64,000 bases of DNA from the human T2T-CHM13v2.0 reference genome, Homo sapiens (GCF_009914755.1 NC_060929.1); one strand, 5' to 3'; shown: positions 12,671-28,698, counted from the stretch's first letter. Notes: a model not told the origin generated them from the sequence alone. A program made the numbers and translations.

Positions 12671-13234
12671 TCACCATGGCAACCAGCAGGCATCTGTACG
12701 CACGATGCTTTCAGGGACCAGCCTGGAAAGGCTTTTGCCCAGTGAGAGGAGCTCTCATTCCTTTGGCTGAAAAAGGGCAGATGATCCCCTGAAAACTGGT
12801 CCCCAGTGCAGTACTAATTCTTCTAACACTCCTACATTTTCTCCCCAGTTGGCTGATTATTATTTTCTTGTCCCATCTAGATCCTCTTTGGCCAATGGTT
12901 TTAAATGCAAAGATGCTTTTCTCAGTTATTCCACAACCAAAGCAGTAATATTCATCTTCATCCCCTCCCACCCCTACACTTCCCCATCCCAACTGCCTAC
13001 CCCACCTCTTTATCTTCATCTTTCTTTATTCTTGACTCATGTGCCATTACATAGTTATATGGTACTGGTCAAGACCCTTTTATTTTTATTGTCTGAGTCT
13101 CAGTTCCACCATCATCTGTAAAGCTGTGGGCTTGGGCTACATCAGGATGGCAGATCAGAAGGCAGAAGACCTGAGCCCTATCCCTGCACAGCCCTGAACC
13201 CCTGTCAAGCTTGCTAAACCATCATGGCACTCTC

Positions 13235-13672
13235 ACTGGGTTGAATAATGCCCCCCCAAAATACATATCCATCCAGAACCTTAGGATGTGACCTGATTTA
13301 GAAATAGAGCCTTCGTAGATATAACTAGTTAAGGATCTCAAGATGAAATCTTCCTGGATTTAAGGGTGAGCCCTAAATCCAATGACTAATGTCTTTGTAA
13401 GAGAAAAGACAGAGAGACTCAAGGGGAAGAAGCCAAGGGAAAACAGAGGCAGAGAGTGGAAGGATGCTGCCATCAGCCAAGGAACACCGGGAGCCATCAG
13501 CAGCTGGGAAGGCAAGGAAACATTCTCCCCTAGAGCCTTGGAGAGGGCATGGTTCTGCGAGAGCCTTGATTTCAGGCTTCTGGTCTCCAGAACTGTGAGA
13601 GAATAAATTTCTGTCATGTTAAGCTGCCACATTTATGGTAATTTGTGATAGCAACCCTAGGAATCTAATGCA
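13235..13672 (+). mobile_element. MLT1-family (MaLR) solo LTR
   Basis: gggttgaataatgccccccc...ccctaaatccaatgact...ccagaactgtgagagaataaatttctg. Confidence 0.8.
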
Positions 13673-14130
13673 GCACTGCTTCCAGCTGGGTGCAGAAACA
13701 GCCCCAGAGTTCCTCTGAACACAAGCGTCCCAAGAAACTGCTTCCCAATCAATCAGTTGGAGTTGACGCCAGAAATGGAAACTGTTTGCTACTCCTGGAT
13801 TGAATCATCCCCAGCGTTCCTTTCCTTTCAAGAATCCAGACTGCTTGCCTCCCCTTTTCTCATAAAGGGCCGTCTGGCTTTGAGGTTCCATCCCTTCCTG
13901 TTCCTTTCAACCTTGTAAGAACCCATTGCCACCATTCTATTGAGATCACAGGGTGTGTCTGGAATAGAGGGTGGAAAGTAGCTCAGATAGATGTAGACCT
14001 GAATAAATTTATACACATTATATGTTTTTAAAAGTCAGCTTTTCTCTTCTTGGTTCTTGGCCAAAGTATCCAAGTTAACCCATGAAGGTCTCTTTCTGAT
14101 TCACATTAATGATAAAAGGTTAGGAAGAAA

Positions 14131-14271
14131 GCCAGGCACAGCTGCAGTGGTGTGCACCTGTAGTCCCAGCCACTTGGGAGGCTGAGGTGGGAGGATCACT
14201 TGAGCTTAAGAGTTCCAGACCAGCCTGGGTATTATAGAAAGACTTTTTCCCTTGGAAAAAAAAAAAAAAAA
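14131..14271 (+). mobile_element. Monomeric Alu (FLAM-like)
   Basis: Single arm ending in an A tail. Confidence 0.8.
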
Positions 14272-14363
14272 GAGCCGCCTTGGTGAGTTGTGACCCTACC
14301 CTTGGCCAAAGGTCTCCGGGAGGCTTGGAGTCTTGGGAACTCGGGAACAAGCCAGTGTTCCTT

Positions 14364-14524
14364 GATCAGAAAGTTGCTCTGCAGCTTGCCCATGGCATTC
14401 AGTCTTCCCAGGCGCCTGTCTTAAATCTGCAGCAATGCATGCAGCATGTCTCTTCCCATGCGAGCACAGCCAGGTCAAGTGCTAATGGTGAGTCCCCACG
14501 GAGCATAAAAGCATCCTCCCCACA
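14364..14524 (+). repeat. Local direct repeat B, copy 1 (copy 2 at 15698-15928)
   Basis: gatcaga(a/t)agttgctctgc...cttaaatctgcagcaatgcat...gagcataaaagca...cctccccaca shared. Confidence 0.92.
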
Positions 14525-15235
14525 GAAAGGCCACGCAGCTGTTTGCAGATGCCCTTTGAAAAGGTTATTTTGCGGGGAGTAAAAATACCAGAGTTAAGGG
14601 GTCTGAGGAGGAACAAGGTAGAACTCAAGCCTTTTTCCACAGAAAATTGGAATTTATTTTTAATATTCTTGGATGACATTTTTAACCAAGAGAAATTTTC
14701 CACTGTGGAATTAAGATACTCAGAGAATGTGAGGCCTCCAAGCCCTCTTGTTTCACAGTCCTGGGAGAAGACATGGCATTCCTCAGACCGCTTGACTGAT
14801 GAGTGGCAGAGCTGCCAGTGAAATGGGGTGGGGCCCCAGACTCGGAGGCGGAGGCCAGGGTTCATCCCGCTCCTCTGAGCTGTCGCCGCTCACCAGCAGC
14901 ACCCAGAGGAGCCAGTGCAGCCGTTTGTGAAGGAGATAAAGTATCTGGGACACCTGCCCCAGGACATTACACCCCAGCCAGGCTCACACTTTCTCCATCA
15001 TCAGGGACAATTCCTCCAGAGTCTGTGCAAGTTGTAGCCTCTTCGCTCTCAGGCCAGGTGAGCCCCAGCTAGTTGACATCAGTAGTAAATTACTGCTAGA
15101 GGAAATCAGCTAGGAGCAAGGTTCTTCCACCCTTCCTGAAGGTGGCAGTGAAGGGATAATATGGGGCAAGCCCCAGTCCCAAAGCTGGATTGGCACATGG
15201 GGAAAGTGAGTGGCTCACAGAGCACGCCCTGGAAT

Positions 15236-16030
<795 letters not shown>

Positions 16031-16046
16031 AAATTCCCTCACTTTA

Positions 16047-18089
16047 TGTATTTATTTATTTATTTACTTATTTCAGTTTTTTTTATTTCAATAAATTTTG
16101 GGGGAACAGGTGGTTTTTGGTTACGTAGATTAATTCTTTAGTGGTGATTTCTGAGATTTTGGTGCACCCATCATACGAGCAGTATACGCTATGCCCAATG
16201 TGTAGTCTTTTATCCCTCTCCCTCCTCCCACCCTTCTGAGTCTCCAAAATTCATTGTATCATTCTTAATGCCTTTCTGTCCTCATAGCTTAGCTCCCACT
16301 CAAGTGAGAACATAATCATGTTTGGTTTTCCATTCCCGAGTTACTTGACTTAGAATAATGGTCTCCAACTCCATCCAGGTTGCTGCAAATGCCGTTATTT
16401 CATTGCTTTTTATGGCTGAGTAGTATTCCATGATGTATACATGCCACATTTTCTTTATCCACTCATTGATTAGTGGGCATTGGGCTGGTTCCATATTTTT
16501 GCAATTGCGAATTGTGCTGCTATAAACATGCGTGTGCAATATCCTTTTCGAATGATTTCCTTTCCTCTGGGTAGATACCCAGTAGTGGGATTGCTGGATC
16601 AAATGGTAGTTCTCACTTTTAGTTCTTAAAGGAATTTCCACACTCTTTTCCATTATATTTGTACTGGTTTACATTCCCACCAGCAGCGTAAAAGTGTTCC
16701 CTTTTCACCACATCCACGCCAACATCTATTATTTTTTGATTTTCGATTATGGTCATTCTTGCAGGAGTAAGGTGATATCACATTGTGGTTTTGATTTGCA
16801 TTTCCCTGATCATTAGCGATGCTGAGCTTTTTCTTTTATGTTTGTTGGCCATTTGTATATCTTCTTTTGAGAATTGTCTGTTCATGTCCTTAGCCCACTT
16901 TTTGATGGGATTGTTTGTTTGTTTGTTTGTTTTTCTTACTGATTTGTTTGAATTCCTTGTAGATTTTGGGTATTAGTCCTTTGTCAGATGTATAGTTTGC
17001 AAAGATTTTCTCCCACTCTGTGGGTTGTCTGTTTACTCTGCTGATTATTTCTTTTGCTATGCAGAAGTTTTTTAGTTTAAGTCCCATTTATTTATCTTTG
17101 TTTTTGTTGCATTTGCTTTTGGGCTCTTGGTCATGAAGTCTTTGCCTAAGCCAATGTCTAGAAGGGTTTTTCAGATGTTATCTTATAAAATTTTTATGGT
17201 TTCAGGTCTTAGATTTAAGTCTTTGATCCATCTTGAGTTGAATTTTGTATAAGGTGAGAGATGAGGATCCAGTTTCATTCTTCTACATGTGGCTTGCCAA
17301 TTATCCCAGCACCATTTGTTGAAAAGGGTGTCTGTCCTTTCCCCGCTTTATATTTTTGTTTGCTTTGTCAAAGATCAGTTGGATGTAAGTATTTGGCTTT
17401 ATTTCTGGGTTCTCTATTCTGTTCCATTGGTCTATATGCCATTTTAATGACATTACCATGCTGTTTCGTGACTATAGCCTGATAGTATAGTTTGAAGTCG
17501 GGTAATGTGATGCCTCCAGATTTGCTCCTTTTGCTTAGCCTTGCTTTGGCTGTGTGGGCTCTTTTTCAGTTTCATATTCATTTTAGCATTGTCTATTCTA
17601 GTTCTGTGAAGAATGATGATGGTACTTTGATGGTGGGAATTGCATTGAATTTGTGGATTGCTTTTGGCAGTGTTGTCATTTCCACAATATTGATTCTACC
17701 CATCCATGAGCATGGGATGTGTTTCCATTTGTTTGTGTCATCTATGATTTCTTTCAACAGTATTTTGTAGTTTTCCTTGTAGAGGTCTTTCACCTCCTTG
17801 GTTAGATATATTCCTAACTATTTTAATTTTTTTGCAGCTATTGTGAAAGGGGTTGAGTTCTTGATTTGATTCTCAGCTTGGTCGGTGTTGGTGTATAGCA
17901 TGAGCCTTTAGGGTTTTCTAGGTATACAGTCATATCATCAGCAAACAGTGACAGTTTGATTTCCACTTTACTCACTTGGATGCCCTTTATTTCTTTCTCT
18001 TGTCTTACTGCTCTGGCTAGGACTTCCAGTACTATGTTGAATAGAAGTGGTTAAAGTGGGCACCCTTGTCTTGTTCCAGTTCTCGGGGG
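16047..18089 (-). mobile_element. 5'-truncated L1 (L1PB-like) with TSD aaattccc(t/c)cacttta
   Basis: L1 3' UTR plus degraded ORF2 C-terminus (minus ORFs ...[24 protein letters not shown]..., ...[16 protein letters not shown]...); TSD at ~16031 and ~18090. Confidence 0.9.
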
Positions 18090-19634
18090 AAATTCCCCCA
18101 CTTTAAAAATGAGAATATTATAATGCCTGTCTTGTAGTGTTATTTGTAACAGATGAACCCATGTCTGTAAAGTCCTGGGCTTACGAATAGTAGCTGTTAT
18201 TATTAAGAAGAAAAGGTCAGTGGTTCAGAGCCATTTCCTGAGTTGGTCATAGCTTCATCCAGAGGCTATAATGAGCAAAGTTTACACCCTGAATTGCATA
18301 GCACTTCCTTGCTTTTCCTCTCTTAAATCACTTTTATTGGTTTTATTTTTTAATGTATATGCTCATTGTACATAAATAATATTGAAAAGTTCAAAGATGA
18401 CAGTAAAACTCATACAACTCAGAAACTTGGGAACTTTTTCTGCATTTAACATGTGTGTTCTCGTTTTACAAACCACATGACAACTCCTTGAGATCGGCCT
18501 TCTTATCACCATTGTACAACGGGAGAGACTGAAGCTCAGCGGGGCCGGCTTGGCTGCTCTCACAAAGCAAGGTCCTGGCAAACAATGGTGTAAGCCTGGG
18601 CCTGTTGGCCACTAGAGCTGGAGATCCTGGCTGGCCTCTTTGATGCTCTGCTGCTCTGCTTGTACCATCCTGTAACCTGTGATTCTTCAGTCCATAGTAG
18701 CCCTTTGCTTTGTGATTAGCTTCCCTTGAGAGGTAGGGCCAGGACTTCATAGTATGGTGGACTCCAGAATGCTGGAGCAGGTGAAGAACTAAAAGCTCTT
18801 ACAGAGAACATCTAACCACCTGATGTGGTAGCGTCAGGGAAGACATCAACTCATTTGGAGAAATATGACCAGCAAGTGTTTCCTCTTCTGAACAGGCCCT
18901 ACTCTGGAGTCTAAGTTCTTCTGTGCAAGAGCTCTGTCACTTAGAGATGATGCTCAATAAAACAAAACTTTAACAACTGGTCAAGTAATCAAAATTAATA
19001 TATGAATCAAAACTTTAAGAATATATTCTCTAAATAAAGTAAATTATATAGAGTCTATCCTAAAACTGCCTTCCAAGTGACATAGATTGCGGCATAAAGC
19101 ATTCATTCAATTATTCCAATAACTTCCTGGTAATTTTTTGGCCCTTAGAAATTGTTGGTGTGATCTGTTTGGCCTGGTTGTCACAAGCCCCCATCTGAGG
19201 CACAGTTTGACCTCAGGCAAATGCATCATACCGTCATACTACCACAGTGCCTCCCTTGTTAAATCATATCCTTAGGACCCAGAACCCAGTGCTTTGCTGC
19301 AGCAAGCTGGGCACAGCTCAGCTGGGTACACACCTGGATGCCAACACTGCCCGCCTGGGCTGACCAGGGGAATCTTGGTCCCTGTGACACCACCACCAAC
19401 AGCACCTCCCACTTCCCTGCCACCACCCCACCCTTCTGTCTGCATGGTACCACTTCTACAAGGTAGTTTACCCACCAGTCCAGAAGGCTTTTGTGATTTT
19501 GGCAACCAATACATATGGAATTTCCTATGCAGAATTTCATCTTGTATCTCACCCCAGACAAGTCACTTCATTACACTTGGGATTCAGATTCCACTTCTGC
19601 TAAATGGGGATACTTGCACTGCCTTACCTGGTTT

Positions 19635-20114
19635 AGAAGGCTGAGAATGTTTCCCAAAGACATCAGGTCCTAATCCTGGAACCTGTCAATGTAACTTTCT
19701 TTGGAAAGAGGTCTTTGGAGATGTGATTAACTGGAGGACCTTGAGATGGGAAGATAATCCTGGATTATCTTGGGTTATGCTGGGTCCTACATGCTATCGT
19801 AAGTGTCATAAGGGAGAAGCAGAGGGAGCTTACACATGTAAGAGGAGAAGGCCATACGAAGACCCAGCAGAGAGATGGGAAGATTGGAGTGGTGCAGCTG
19901 CAAGCCCGGGATTGCCGCCAGCCTCCAGTAGCTGAAGAGACGGGAAACAGATCGTCCCCTGCAGTTTCTGGAGGGAATGTGGCCCTGCCGACACCTTGAT
20001 TTTGGCCTAGTGATACCAGTTTGGATTTCTGGCTTCCAGAAGCCTGAGAGAATACATTGCTGTTGTTCGAAGCCACCAAATTTGTGGTAATTGTTAGAGC
20101 AGCCACAGAAAACA
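19635..20114 (+). mobile_element. MLT1D-like solo LTR
   Basis: cccaaagacatcaggtcctaatcctggaacctgt...ggccctgccgacaccttgattttggcc...ttgtggtaattgttagagcagccacagaaaac. Confidence 0.8.
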
Positions 20115-23013
20115 ATGTGGGCGGCTGTGACGGAATTCGTATGTGAAAAATTCACAGAGAAGCTTGATATACTTGTGTGTCATCACATGAGTACTGATTA
20201 TCAAGAAAAGTGATGACATTGGTTCCCTTCAAAAGTTTTAGCATCTCTGAGTGTGACAGTGTTGATGTGATCTCTCAGCTGGAAGGCTCGGCTCCTGTTC
20301 CCCTGCTTGCCTTTTCCAACGCACCTTATTCATAGCCCAGGAGAGAAAGGAGCGTCATTTCTTGAGATCTGCATAGCAGCTCTTTGGATCTTTCAGCCTC
20401 TGAGCTGAGAAGGCCAAGAAGGAACCCAGATGTTGGAGACCCAGCCCTATGGCCCCCCAAATGTCAAGAACAGACAGACAGACACATAGACACATTAGTA
20501 GTTTTACCCAAGCGTTTACAATGGATTTGATCCTGGAACTGAGAATTGATCAGTCCTTGGCACTGTCTTGCTCTGTGATCTTCCCGACAAGGACGATGCT
20601 GCTGTTTTATTTTTGCCGTCGCCTTTATTTACCTGCAGTGATTTTAGGGAATTGAGCTGCAGCCATTCCACCTAAATTAGAGAGCTGTGTTTGTGTTTGC
20701 GGGCTGATGATATCCATTAGAGAAATTGTAACAAAAATAGGAAATTAGGAACAGTTTAATTCCTCTTGGGATCTCTGAAAACAGCAATTGTGATTCCAGA
20801 GAGCAGAGATGCAAATTGCTTACAAATTCAGTTTACCAAGTAAATAGGCCTTACTGTTTGAAGTGGCTGGCCGTGTTTACCATCTGATGAGATAGAGGCC
20901 TATCTCAACGGATAGATGAAAAGTCTGTATACAACATTTAAACATGGCTAAAATGGTGAATTTTATTTGTATATTTTGCCACAACATTTTAAAGTTCATC
21001 TACAGATAATATTACAGTGCCCAGGATCTGCCAGATTAAACTCACCATATTTTTTTCTCTCCTTAAAAATGCTTTTTTGCTTTTTTTAAGAAAATGCAGG
21101 TCTGCGTCACACAGTAATAACATGGCTCTAATTCCTGAATCAGGGTTGTTTATTTCTTGAGATCTCATAAAGCTATCTATTTTGTGTAGTGTGGATTTAA
21201 ATAAGCTTAATTTTAAGTGAGCCATCCTAACCAGGCAGGATACATAATTAGTTTCCTATGAGGCCCATTGATTGGAACCTATCAGTTAGCAGAATTGGTT
21301 CAATGGCAAGTTTCCAATGGCTCATGTCATGTTGCATTCTTGTTTTTCTTTGCCAACCCTCAGAAAATGCCCAGGCTCCCCTATTCCCACATTTTCTCAA
21401 TAGGGCCCAGCCTCCTATTGAGCCAGCAGGTCAGATGGGTGCCCTTCGGGGATGAGTGTGTGTGTACTTTTCAGCATGCGTGTGCATTTCTTCTTGCATG
21501 CGTGGGGTATATTTGGGGGAATGAGGGGTCGGGGGGGATTTTTTTTAATCTTAGGAGGAGGATTTGAATTCTCCTCATTTCATGCTGGTCCTTCTCACAT
21601 GAAATGCATCTTGGACCATCAACTGAAGCCTAAACTCCCAGTCTAGACCAGAATCCAAGACTGACATAGGAATGTCAATCAGGGGCCTCCAAAGTGAACC
21701 GAGTGGGTGTGTAGGGGGCATTTTAAAAATCCTTACGTGGTAAAACAGTTCCAATACTATTCTCCGCCTCTGCCTAGATCTGGGAATTCCTGCTGAACAG
21801 TTTCCATATATGTAAATGTGTATTTATTTGTGCTTGCCAGGAAGTGTTCAGGGAAGCTTGGTACTAGAAGCTCCTTGGGTGGCGGTGAGGGTTTAGGACA
21901 CCACTCAGAAGGATGAGCGTCCAGGAAGAATGCGTTTCAGCTTGATCCTCTAGAGGGAGCACGTCTATCCCCACTTCCAGCCCTTGATGGGACCCCTTAT
22001 AACAACCCTGTTGTTATAAGATACCTGCAGTGAGGAGGAACTCCACCCAGTACAATCTGTTACTGAACATCTCCCATTTTTATGATGTTCTTAATGTTGA
22101 ATAAAATGCATTTTTTGGTGCATTCTATCAACTAGTCCTGGCTCTCACCTCTGTCCTATCACTTTGTGGGGTACATGCTGTGTTGCATAAAATTACCCCC
22201 CACATATGCACTCCCCTGTTTACAATCAGAGAATCGTAGCTGTCGCCAAAGCTGCTGGGGGAAATTCGACCAGAAAGCTGTGTTTTTGTCTTTATTTACC
22301 AAGTCATCAAACAAAATAATATTAATGGCTATTTTTTCAGTGAGCGTTTCCAGTGTGCCAGGCACCATGCTGACTGCTTTATATATGTGATCACATTTAA
22401 ACCTCAAACAACCCTATTGGATTTGGTATTATCATCTCTACTTAGGGGAAATTAAGGCTTAGAGGGTTTAGGTAATTTGCCCAAGAGCATCTAACTAGTG
22501 CATTTACAGACCTAGAATTTGAACTGAGGTGTGCCCACCCCAAAGCCCATCCTATGGACTCAGACAAGCTAGAAAAGAAGTCAGAGAATCAGACAGAAAA
22601 TATAAGTAGATGATTGCTTTTTGTCCCCTCCAGTGATATCCATTAGAAAGCTGCTTGCTACTCAGAAATTCCTTTCTGAAATATTTGAAAAGGGGACAAA
22701 CGAGAATGTGCTGAGAGCTTTGCTGGGTTTACAGGAGAAGCCTAGAGTCCCTGGTGTGGGTGGAGAATGAGAAGGCTGTCAGGGCAGTCCATGAGCACTA
22801 TGTTCCCATGGCTGTGAGCACAGCCAGGTCTTTGTCACCTGGTGCCTGTGCTGGCTGAAGCTGCAGCCCTCTTCAGGAGAAAATTTAAAGCATGTTTCTG
22901 CTTTTTAACCTTTGAAAATCATGTTGGGAAGGTGAATTAAGCTATGACATAGCTCAGTGGGATTTTTAAATTTACTTTTTTATTGAAGTATAGTCATATT
23001 CAGTAAGATGCAC

Positions 23014-23415
23014 TGTCTTTGTCAGTTCAGCCTGCTATAACAAGAATACCATAAGCTGAGTGACTTGAATAACAAACATTTATTTCTCACAGTTCTAGAG
23101 GTTGAGAAGTCTAAGATTAAGGTGCCAACAGATCCAGTGTTTGGTGAGGGCCCACTTCCTGGTGTGCAGATGGCCCCTCTCCTCACTGTAGGCTCCCATG
23201 GCATAGAGGAGAGAGAGACAGCAAGCACTCTTGTCTTTTCTGATGAGGGCACTGATCCCACTCATGAGGGCTCCACCCTCATGGCCTGATCACCTCTCAA
23301 AGGCCCACCTCCTAATACTATCATATTGGCGGTTAGGATTTCAACACAAAAATCCTAATTTGTTCGTGATTAAGATTCCAAATCCTAATTTGGAAGGGAC
23401 GCATTCAGTGCACAT
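23014..23415 (-). mobile_element. MLT1A/MST-like solo LTR within an old L1
   Basis: ctgctataacaagaataccataagctgagtgacttgaataacaaacatttatttctcacagttctagagg... Confidence 0.75.
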
Positions 23416-24496
23416 GGCACAGATCATAATTGTATGTACAGTTCTGTGAGTTTTGACAAACACTTCTATGTAGTCAACAGCCCAGTCAGGATGTAGAGCT
23501 TTTCCATCACCCTAGGAAGTCCTCTCATGCCCCTTTCCAGTTAGTCTCCTCCTCCCACCAGAGGTAAGCCATGGCTTGTTTGGTGATTGCTATGTATTCA
23601 TCACCTCCAGAGAGGGAAACAGGAGAATACAGAGTGGGGCTTTGCTAACAGGGCAAAAACTAAGCTGCACTCGCTTAGAAGAGTACACGCCTCCTAGCAT
23701 TTTGCATATCCTACATGCCTCAGTCACCTCAACCTAGTAGTCCTGGCCCCATTTGACAGGGTGGCCTGTGACAGAGGCACTCAAATAGATTTGTTCCACA
23801 CCTAGAAAATGACATGGCCTGGCCCCACGGTTAGCTAAATCAACTCAGCAAGTCATACACTCCCAGGATTTGCTGAACATCAGCTTCAGTGAACATCATA
23901 CTCTTAAGTCAGTTCCATTTTATCCCTATGTAAGCTATTACTGGCCCATACATTTCGAAGCTAAATACAATAAGTACCTCCCCTAGGTTCAGGCAGAGCT
24001 TGCTGTGACAGCTTCTCAGTGTCATGTACAAAATTTTGCTCCTTCTCACGTTCCAGGCCTCCCAATATCTAGGCATGAGCTCACCAAGAGAACTATTACT
24101 GAACCTGGTGAATGAGTGGGTGTTCTGATTCTTCACAAGTCCTTGCTATTAGTGGGCACTCTAATTGTGTTCGTCACGGATCCTTGTTATTAGTGCATAC
24201 TTGTGATGCTTGTTTTGTAAAGTTTAGAATAATTCATACATACGTACCTAATTCAAAACTTAGACTGAACTCAATTAAATATTTTCTTGATGGCTCCAAA
24301 GGGAGTTGAAAATCTTGCAGTACTCCAAAAGCATCATTAGAATTTCCATTTAACTGATGTATAATTTCTAACTAGCTAGCTAATAGAGAATTTCAGTGAA
24401 TGGAATATCTTATGTGGTCATCCCATAAATTGCATGTTCCATGTACAAGATTTTTGCAATTCCAGTTGGGAGAACTACACTCAGAACTAAGTTTTG

Positions 24497-24800
24497 GGCT
24501 GGGTGCAGTGGCTCATGCCTATAATCCTAGCACTTCGGGAGGCTGAGGTGGGAAGATCACTTGAGGTCAGGAGTTTGAAACCAGCCTGGCCAACATGGTG
24601 AAACCCCACCTCTACTAAAAATACAAAAAAATTAGCTGTGCATAGTGGAGGGCACCTGTAATCCCAACTACTTGGGAGGCTGAAGCAGGAGAATTGCTTG
24701 AACCCGAGGCAGAGATTGCAGTGAACCGAGATCGCACCCCTGCACTCTAGCCTGGGCGACAGAGCAAGAATCTGTCTCAAAAAAAAAACAAAGAAAAAAA
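24497..24800 (+). mobile_element. AluS-type SINE, TSD ctaagtttt
   Basis: Full dimeric Alu. Confidence 0.93.
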
Positions 24801-25867
24801 CCTAAGTTTTGAACTGAAACCTTATGTAAAAAACTGAGTATCATTTATATAAGAATTCAACTTCCAAAATACACCATGATAGGTGGAGCATGGGCTTTGG
24901 AATCAGCCGTACCCACTTCAGGGTGAGTGCAGGCTTTTTCCCACCTGAGCCTCAGTTCCCTCATCTGTGAAATGGGGCTAATAATGATATAGATCACATA
25001 GATTTGTCGGGTGGATTAAACAATAGTGCACCTGGAGGGTTTCACAAAGCCTGGCATTAGGTGCTCCGTAAGCGGCAGCATTTCCAGAACAGAGCGTTAG
25101 AGTCGATGATAACTTTTCATTCTCACCAACCAAGTGAGACCAGTTTAGGGCCCTATAGCATGGTTGTATATACTCAGACAAAGATCTTAAAGAGATCCTT
25201 CAAATTCAGTTATGGTGTCTCATGGGGTTCAGCGGACAATGGTGGTGGCCAGGTCTGTGGGTCCCCAGCCAGCATCAAGCCAGAGCAGCTCCATTTTGCC
25301 TGCTTCACATATGAAGTTCTGTGGCATCTTTCTTTTGGATTGCTGCTCTTAAAGTTGGGAAACCACTGACTTAATCCAACCCCTCATTTCATAGATGTGG
25401 AAACTAAGGCTCGAAAACTGTAGGTGGTTGTCCCATGCACTCAGCAGAGATCTCCTGACTCCCAGGCCTGTGTGTTCCCAGGACCCTGCCTGTCATAGAT
25501 GGAAACAACTAACAGTAGAGGAAAGATGACAATGTTGAACCAGCTGTTGAGTTTTCACATGGTTCTTCCAGCCAATGTCTAGTACTAGTAATGTCTCTTA
25601 AGAAAGGATATCGGCTGTTTATCTTTTCCCCCATGGCTCAATTTGTAAAACTCCTGGTTTGGGTGTGGAACGTCATGGGTGGCAGGAATCCCTGTAAAAG
25701 GGGTATTTGCTTGGAAGCCCTTTATCCTCTTCTGCTAGGGAGTGGCTGCTCCATCTGGTGACTGTGCGCCATCCTGTAGTCACTGACCACACCTCTCTCT
25801 ATGACCACCATTTTGCAAACATATTCATGGGGCTCCAGTGAGCACGCTCGTAACACTGGGTTCCTAA

Positions 25868-26122
<255 letters not shown>

Positions 26123-27084
26123 TGAGATATGCCCATGTGGGTTTGACATAAACAAAGTTTGCTTTTACTTTTTACCTGGCCTGTAAAAACAAATCCCAGG
26201 CACTGCAGCTCTACCTGTAGAAACCACTCAAGGAGTTCCCTTGCCCATATCCCTGGATTGGTCTTACCTATCATTCTGTTACATTTCTGTGCACATTTTG
26301 ACCTATAGCTGTGCTCCTCATTTTCTGACCCCCAGACTCCTTGTATTTGATGACTGAACTCAGAAATCCTGATATTGTCCTTCAGCGCTTGCCACTGACT
26401 GCTCATCCTCCCCAGCTGTGCTCCATTATCTAATTTGAGCAGGGCAAATTCATGACACATGTGCTGCCATTTTCCACGCCCTTACCCATGGCAGACATCT
26501 CTAATCAGGCATCATGCTTCTTTCCCTTGGGATTTCTTGCTGAACACTGCTCCCCATACTGCACTGGCTTCAAGAGAGTTCTGTATCCCTTTACCACTAT
26601 TCTGAATCTGCCCCAAATATGGTCATCTGAATTTCATTTAATTTCCTGCAACACTGCTGAAGGCCAAAACATTTAAGATGTTTATGAAAATTTCAAATGA
26701 TGAAAGAGAAAGTAATATATAACCAGGTCAGGAATAGCAAATAGGATTAATCTGCTAACTCCAATTCTTTGGCAGTAGCTTTGTGGAACCATGGGTTGTT
26801 ACAGATTGTGGAGCTAAATCCAGAGTAAAACAAGAAAATGTGGTAATTGATTAAAGATGTCTGCCTTGGGCACAGGAGGGATGAATGTGCCATGAATTTT
26901 CCAGGCTGAAATTAAATAGCATGTTTCAATCTGCACAATTTCCTGGCTCCATTTCATTTTAGCTCTTTGTCTGAATCTGCTATAAGCATCCTCAGCCCCA
27001 GGAAAGACCCTACACCTAGAAATGTGCCCTCCTTGAAGTCTGTAAGCCCAAGACAACGAGAGAGCTCCTTTTTCAGTCTTATAA

Positions 27085-27327
<243 letters not shown>

Positions 27328-28159
27328 TGATAGCAAAACAATCCAGACCCCTCCCATGGTGGGGAGGGAGGCTCTGACCATCCACCTTAGAGCGTTTGCT
27401 TCTCTAACATGCCAGTGAGCTGGCAGAGTACTGGCTATCCATCCTACCCCGCCACTAGCTAGATAGCCTTTTAATCCCTCTGAGCAATGTTATCATCTTG
27501 TCAGTGTAGGGAGATGATGCTTGCGGGACCTGCCTCATGGGACTGCTGGGAAGTTGGAAGAGGACAGCAAATGTAAGCATGTTTAAATAATGCAGAGCCA
27601 GGTTATTAGAAAAGGTATTTATGAGCTCAGCACCTCCAGGAGCTCTTCCTCCATCTGCATATTTGGGGAGACTGAGGCTCCAGGCAGTGGTGCCAAGTTG
27701 ACACATCTAAGATAAGTCAGGAAATGGACATCTTTGCTGTTTGACCGCTGGGCAGAGAAATAATCATTTCCTTCCTTAATAGTGAACTGAAAACAGGGCC
27801 TGGAGAAGAGGGAAAAATGGGGACTGTGAATTGGCATCTGATGTTTCTTTCCAAAACCAAGATGTCTAGTGCTGGATCTGTGTGATTCACAATAGGAAAA
27901 AGATAAGGCTAAAATTTCTGGTGTTCAGTCCCAGCTGCCCTACTTACTACCTGTGTGACTATGGGCATGCCCCTTACCCTCTCTGAGCCTCATCTGAAAC
28001 CAGGGTAATAGTGCCTAGTTAGTGATATTGTATTAAATGAGATATTACAGATAAAGTGCTCAGCACAATATCTGACACCTACTAATAAATATTAATTCCT
28101 GTCATGATTAGGAAGTCAGGCAACTTTGGAGGGACTGGGAAGGGTCCAATGGTGCCTCA

Positions 28160-28209
28160 TTTGTGTGCCTGTGTTTGTGTGTGTGTGCATGTGTGTGCGT
28201 GTGTGTGTT
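28160..28209 (+). repeat. Imperfect (TG)n microsatellite
   Basis: tgtgtgcctgtgtttgtgtgtgtgtgcatgtgtgtgcgtgtgtgtgt. Confidence 0.85.
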
Positions 28210-28365
28210 CTGAAAAAGACATGAGCCAGCTACTCGAACTTTGTCCAGTACTGAGCCCTGAAAGAAATCTCACTCTGGGCCTGCAGGTAAGAGGGATGCG
28301 TGGTTTGGCTTTTTGCTATCCCAGAGTCAGGTCTGGGGCTGCCACTCAGTCATTGTTTCCCATAG

Positions 28366-28698
<333 letters not shown>

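Noticed and set aside
16300-17793. Minus-strand ORFs resembling a retroelement protein
   Set aside because: Broken L1 ORF2 remnants of a 5'-truncated element; not functional
21996-22020. 11-bp inverted repeat cttataacaac/gttgttataag
   Set aside because: Short and AT-rich, with no supporting context
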